64,000 bases of DNA from Heterodontus francisci (lineage: Eukaryota): NCBI RefSeq assembly GCF_036365525.1, contig NC_090376.1, forward strand, positions 106,199,651 through 106,263,650, read 5' to 3'. Numbering within the stretch: position 1 is the stretch's first letter; every line of letters begins with the position of its first letter. Of the stretch, positions 61,950-64,000 are shown piece by piece. The position numbers and the translations under genes are program-made. The notes under the pieces are model-generated. The model saw only the letters and a list, made by a program, of their open reading frames with translations. It was not told the origin of the DNA and did no database searches.

Positions 61950-64000
61950 AAGGCGTAAAATCAGTCTGGGTAGAAATAAGAAACAGAAAGTCACTGGTGG
62001 GAGTAATCTATAGGCCCCCAAACAGTAGTTCCGCAGTGGGGCACAGTATAAACCAGGAAATACTGGGGGCTTGTAAGAAAGGTATGGCAATAATCATGGG
62101 TGATTTTTGTATGCATATAGACTGGATTGGTCAAATTGGCACGGGTAGCCTTGAGGGAGAGTTCATTGAATGTATTAGAGATTGTTTTTGGAGCAATATG
62201 TTGTGGAACCAACCAGGGAGCAGGCTATTCTAGATTTGGTGTTGTGTAATGAAGTGGGATTAATAAATGATCTCATTGTTAAGGATCCTCTAGGGAAAAG
62301 TGATCATAGCATCCTAGAATTTCAAATTCAGTTTGAGGACGAGAAGCTGGAGTCCCACACAAGCGTTCTGGTGTTAAACAAAGGTAATTATATAGGCATG
62401 GGGACAGATTTGGCCCTAGTGGACTGGGCAGGAAGACGATAAGGTAGGACAGTTGACGAGCAGTGACAGATGTTTAAGGAGATATTCAATTTATCCCAAC
62501 TAAAATATATTCCAGAGAGGAAGAAAGATTCTAGGAGGGGGAAAAGCATCCATGACTAAGCAAGGAAGTTAAGGAGAACATAAAGACAAAAACTAAAGCA
62601 TACCATATTGCAAAGGCCAGTGGAAGGCTGGAAGATTGGGAAACTTTTAAAGATCAACAAAGGGTTACTAAAAAAGTAATAAAAACAGCAAAGGTAAATT
62701 GTGAAAGAAAACTAGCGCTAAATATAAAAATGGATAGCAAAAGCTTCTATAAGTATATAAAAGGGAAGAGAGTAGCTAAAGTTGGTCCATTGGAGGATGA
62801 AACTGGGGAGTTAATAAAAGGGAACTCAGAAATGGCAGAGACACTAAATCAGTATTTTGCTTCAGTTTTCACGGTGGAGGACACTAGTACCATCCCAATA
62901 GTACCAGGTAATGCAGAGGTTATAGAAAGGGTGGCACTTAGAACAATCATCATCGCTAGGGAAAAAGTACTGAGCAAACTATTGGGGCTGAAGGCAGACA
63001 AGTCCCCAGGGCCTGATGGCCTACATCCTAGGGTCTTAAAGGAAGTGGCAGAGGAGTTACTGGATCCATTGGTTATAATATTCCAAAATTCTCTGGATAC
63101 GGGAAAGGTTCCAGTGGATTGGAAAAAAACTAATGTAACGCCCTTATTCAAAAAAGGGAGGGAGGCAGAAAGTAGGAAACTATAGACCAGTTAGTTTAAC
63201 ATCTGTCGTTGGGAAATTGTTAGAATCCATTATTAAGGAAGTAATAACAGGACATTTAGAAAGTCAAAATGCAATCCATCAGAGTCAGCATGGTTTTATG
63301 ACGGGTAAATCATATTTGACTAATTTGCTGGAGTTCTTCGAAGATGTAGCAAGTAAAGTGGATTATGGGGATCCTGTAGATGTAGTATATCTGGACTTCC
63401 AGAAGGCATTTGATAAGGTGCCGCACAAAAGGTTAATACACAAGGTAAGATCACATGGGGTTAGGGGTAATTTATTAGCTTGGATAGAGGATTGGCTAAC
63501 CAACAGAAAACAGAGAGTCGGGATAAATAGGTCTTTTTCTGGTTGGCACGATGTAACTAGTGGGGTGCCACAGGGTTCGGTCCTCGGGCCCCATCTATTT
63601 ACAATCTATATAAGTGACTTGGATCCAGGGATAGAAGGTACTATAGCCAAATTTGCAGATGACACTAAAATAGGTGGGATAGTAAATTGCAATAAAGAAA
63701 TAAGAACTCCACAAATGGATATGGATAGATGAGATAAATGGGCCAAAATTTGGCAGATGGATTTTAATGTGGATAAGTGTGAGGTTATCCATTTTGGTCA
63801 GAAAAATAGAAAGGCAAATTATTATCTAAATGGAGAGAAACTTCAGAGTGCTTCGGTGCAGAAGGATCTGAGTGTCCTCGTGCATGAATTGCAGAAAACT
63901 AGTTTGCAGGTACAGCAGGTGATGAGGAAGGCAAATGGAATTTTGGCAGTTATTTCTGAAGGAATAGAGTATAAAAGTAGGGAAGCGTTGCTGCAACAGC
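61950..64000 (+). mobile_element. CR1 LINE ORF2 (endonuclease + RT) with stops and frameshifts; runs off the right edge
   Basis: GVIYRPP, IIMGDF, LDLVL..SDH, SPGPDGLHPRVLKE, DFQKAFDKVPH, GVPQGSVLGP and FADDTK motifs. Confidence 0.95.

Noticed and set aside
61950-64000. Intact, active LINE ORF2
   Set aside because: Split by several stops and frameshifts (e.g. 62440, 63183, 63730).

Overview
Repeat-dense eukaryotic genomic DNA, most likely from a cartilaginous fish (shark), judged from the HE1-like V-SINE, Deu-domain SINEs and CR1 LINEs. I could not support any intact host protein-coding gene. Bases 1-16.8 kb are a G-rich 48-bp minisatellite of about 345 units with higher-order duplications; its many long ORFs are repeat artefacts. 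The rest is a mosaic of decayed CR1-group, RTE and Penelope retroelements, tRNA-derived SINEs (V-SINE, Deu-SINE, LF-SINE-like), solo LTRs, PIF/Harbinger-type MITEs and four intron-containing Harbinger Myb/SANT gene remnants. AT-rich unique segments between them may be conserved enhancers. The most notable structure is an apparently full-length, single-ORF CR1-group LINE whose 5' UTR is a Pol III tRNA-type SINE head, accompanied by a short element made of that 5' UTR joined to the LINE's 3' tail. All family names come from recalled motifs rather than database searches, and most boundaries are approximate.
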